DNA from: the human T2T-CHM13v2.0 reference genome, Homo sapiens
Length of the DNA stretch: 64,000 nucleotides
Direction: 5' to 3' (one strand)
Assembly (NCBI RefSeq): GCF_009914755.1
Contig: NC_060947.1
The position numbers and the translations under genes were made by a program. Position 1 is the stretch's first letter, and each line of letters begins with the position of its first letter. Positions 60,725 through 64,000 of this stretch are shown one piece after another. The notes below the pieces were generated by a model. That model was not told where the DNA came from, searched no databases, and was given only the letters and a program-made list of their open reading frames with translations.

Positions 60725-62124
60725 GTAGAGTAGGGGGAGATAGGGTTGTGTTAGAATTTAGAGGATGTCAAACTGCTAAGAGATGGGTAGGGGATTAAAT
60801 CATTTGAAGGATACCTTTGGCCATCTCAGACTAAAGTAACTTATTTATCTGCAAACCTTTTCACCCATCTGCCTTCCACTTTGTTCATTTTGGACATAAC
60901 ATACACTGCCTGCTTGGTTCGCAACTAATCACAACATAATCATTAGCAAATATAATGCAGAAAACATTTTTAAACTTTGAACCTTGTTCAGTGCATAATA
61001 TACTGTTAGTAATCTAAGAATCATTTCTACTTGATTGATTTGTTTTTGGTCTGAATCTGTTTGCAATCAGTTTTTGGAAGCAATTTAGCTTTTATATATT
61101 GACAATTTGGGTCTGAGTAAGAGAACAAGAATCTCAAAAAGTACAGAAATTGTATTCAAGGTAAATAAACAGTGGTGGAGTACAGACAGCTATATATGCT
61201 CTTAAAATTTTTAAAAATGCAAATCTTTAAGTAACGTCAAAATCTTTCAATATTATGAATAATAATATGACAAATTTTGGTAGACTACATTAATTTCAGT
61301 GAGAATTATTATTTAATACACACACAATTGCAGTTTTTTGAGGCAGTATTTTTTACCCATTGGTATTTTGTTATTGCTACTCTGCAGTGATTCATAAAAA
61401 TAATCATATTCCTCATCACTTTGTTGGAATTTCTATCTTGCAATTAACAAAGGGCAAAGAGCCCTTTTTTGAATTTTTTCCCATGGAGTTCCAGAAATTA
61501 AACTTACATTCACAGTACCACCTTATGCTGGTCAGGGGAACAGCTGGTCTAGGTTTTATTATGATTTACTGTTAGTTAATAAAAAAACTATTGCTGTTTT
61601 CCTGAGTTTAAAACCTCAAAACTGAAAACTAAACCCACACATAGTTTGCTGGAATTAAATTGTGACAAGAGAAGAGCTGCAGGAGTGTGACAAACCTAAT
61701 GCGAACACTCTTACCCTACCATGTAAGAGTGAGAGTATCCAACTACTGTGTGTTGAAGAGAACAAATTGTTTTTATTATAATAGGAACACAATTTTAGAC
61801 CAACTCTATATGTACTCTTTATTTGTGGTTAGTCTATACAAATTGGAAGATGTAAACACTTTACAAATATGTCTTTGTGAAGCCTAATGATAAACTTGAA
61901 CATAATGATAGACTCTTAAGAAAAATTATACTCAATTTGGATGGCAAATTAGATCTTTCTGTCTATGCCTTCTCAACACTGATTACCCCAGTGGGAAGAA
62001 AGTTAATCTGAAGTTTTTGTTTATATGACCAATACATGACCATTTGTGCAAATATTAGTTTTAAGTTATTTGGGATCATATATCATTACCCAAGTTTCAA
62101 GGAGATAACAATTATAAAAACATC

Positions 62125-62275
62125 TGGACTGAGAATGAAAGCTTCTCAGCCCTAGTCTTGATTTTGCCATAAACTGGATATGCGAACACAGCTAATAATC
62201 TGAACATTTTTTGGATCAAATCTCATTCTAAAATGAGGGAGTTGGACTACTGGATAATCTTTAGGGTGTCTTCTG
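62125..62275 (+). mobile_element. MIR3/MIR-like fragment
   Basis: ctggactgagaat...ctagtc.tgattttgcca...tctcatt.taaaatgaggggagttggacta. Confidence 0.5.
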
Positions 62276-63475
62276 GCACTCTGAGTGTGTCAGAGATCAT
62301 ATTTGGTAATTATTAATACAGAAAATTCAACTTAGTGAACTGTACCACCAGGCTTTTCCAGAAGTAATATTATGTGATGGCTAAAATACTGAAGGCAAAT
62401 TTTCTTCTGGCTACCACACATATGGGTTCTACTAACTGGAGCAATAGCTTAGGCTTTGATTCTAAGACAGTACCAAAACCAGTTTAAAATTAACTATCCC
62501 ATTGTCATGCTCAGCTAGAGAAAAAAAGGCTGGCAAACCAGATTTACTAGTTTCTTTCTCTACAAAAAAAAATTGACAAATTACATAAGTTGCATGATTA
62601 CAGAAATGTTAGCTAAAATTGAAAGTTAAAAACAGAAATTAAGACCAGAAATACCATTGTCCCATCCATTTAAAAAATAGAATGAATAAAAAACTTTGAC
62701 ATTCTTAAAGGAAACAAAATGTGAAGTGGAATAAGTGAGAGCAACACTACACAGAAGAATGTTGCTACACTGCCGCTTAGTGGTAGCCATGTGAAACTAA
62801 GTTGAGTGAAGATGAGTCAAAAACTAGTCTATTAATGAATTACTGGTAGCTCTTACTTCAGAGAATAGGTTAATTCTAGTAGTGTTGCATAAAACAAAGT
62901 TAGATCAAGAGGACAGTATTTTACCAGTGTTTGAGTTATAAAACTAAAAATATAGTCTCATGGAAAGTGCTTTGGCAAGTGGACATAAAATTATAATTAA
63001 GAATGAAACATAATTTAAGTATTTTCAAAGGAAAATAAGTCTTAAAGCAACAAAATAAACATCTTCTACTCAAAAGTCACAAAACTATAACAGTGAAGTA
63101 AACATGCAAAATGTAACTGTAATTTTTACCTCAAAATATTTATTTCCAACATGCAGGCAATAATCTGTGAAATAAAGATAGCTAAAAATATTTTTTTACC
63201 AGAGTCTTTAACTTGTTTCATATCTCCTTAACACTATTTTTATATATAAAATATTTACATTGATTTATTGCACACTTTAAGACTTAAAGCTTACTGGTAT
63301 ATCTGTAGTGTATGTATATCTACTGATTCTTGTTTACACATACCCAATTCACCCTTTCTAATTACCAGGAAGTCATGATACTCAATATAGAAATTATAGG
63401 ACCTCCTCAAAATGTTACCAAAGTGGTTGACTCAAAATGTGAAGGTATGAAAGAGGTCATAATGTTAAGTGTAAT

Positions 63476-63860
63476 TGTATTAGTCCGTTCTCACATTGCT
63501 ATAAAGAACTGTCTGAGACTGGGTAATTTATAAAGAAAAGAAGCTTAATTGCTCATGGTTCTGCAGGTTGTACAGGAAGCACGGCTGGGGAGGCCTCAGG
63601 AAACTTACAATCATGGTGGAAGGCAAAAGGGAAGCCAGCAAGTCCTACATGGCTGGAGCAAGAGGAATAGAGAGCAAAGGAGGAAGTGCTACATACTTTT
63701 AAACAACCAGATCTCATAAAAACTCAGTCACTATCATGAGAACAGTAAGGGAAAAATTCACCCCTATGATCTAATCACCTCCCACCAGGTCCCTCCCCCA
63801 ACACTGGGGATTTCAATTCAACATGAGATTGAGGTGGGGACACAGAGCCAAACCATATCA
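63476..63860 (-). mobile_element. MSTA-like solo LTR
   Basis: tgtattagtccgttctcacattgctataaagaa...cagagccaaaccatatca; 5-bp TSD gtaat (63471-63475, 63861-63865). Confidence 0.93.
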
Positions 63861-64000
63861 GTAATTTACTGAAATGTTTTGACATTGCATCTAAGATGTC
63901 AAAACATAATAGAAAAAATAAATAAATTGATTGATTAAAAAGCTTATAAATAAAAAGAAAAGAAAGAGTCTATTTTTTGTCTGGCCACAAAGTTTCAAAA

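Overview
AT-rich, gene-poor primate genomic DNA, probably human or great ape given the near-consensus AluY and an L1PA3-type 3' end. By hand tally about 40-45% is LINE-1 of many ages and about 2.5% is Alu. The rest includes MaLR/ERVL LTR elements, L2/MIR, a few DNA-transposon relics and two recognisable processed pseudogenes (RPL7 5' fragment, HNRNPC 3' fragment). I find no intact protein-coding gene, RNA gene, CpG island or CRISPR-like array. The long ORFs are decayed L1 ORF1/ORF2, ERVL gag, or chance frames in repeats. I cannot support a new multi-gene biological system here. The best leads are sequence-level events: (i) an RPL7 retrocopy bracketed by consensus splice sites; (ii) an unidentified 160-bp polyadenylated retro-insert with target-site duplications (TSDs); (iii) a heavily rearranged L1PA7/8-like element; (iv) several locally templated insertions resembling Pol-theta or template-switch repair scars; (v) a MADE1 hairpin with matched changes in both arms; (vi) a very young AluY. 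Repeat subfamily names come from remembered consensus sequences and need RepeatMasker/Dfam confirmation. Boundaries of old elements are approximate.
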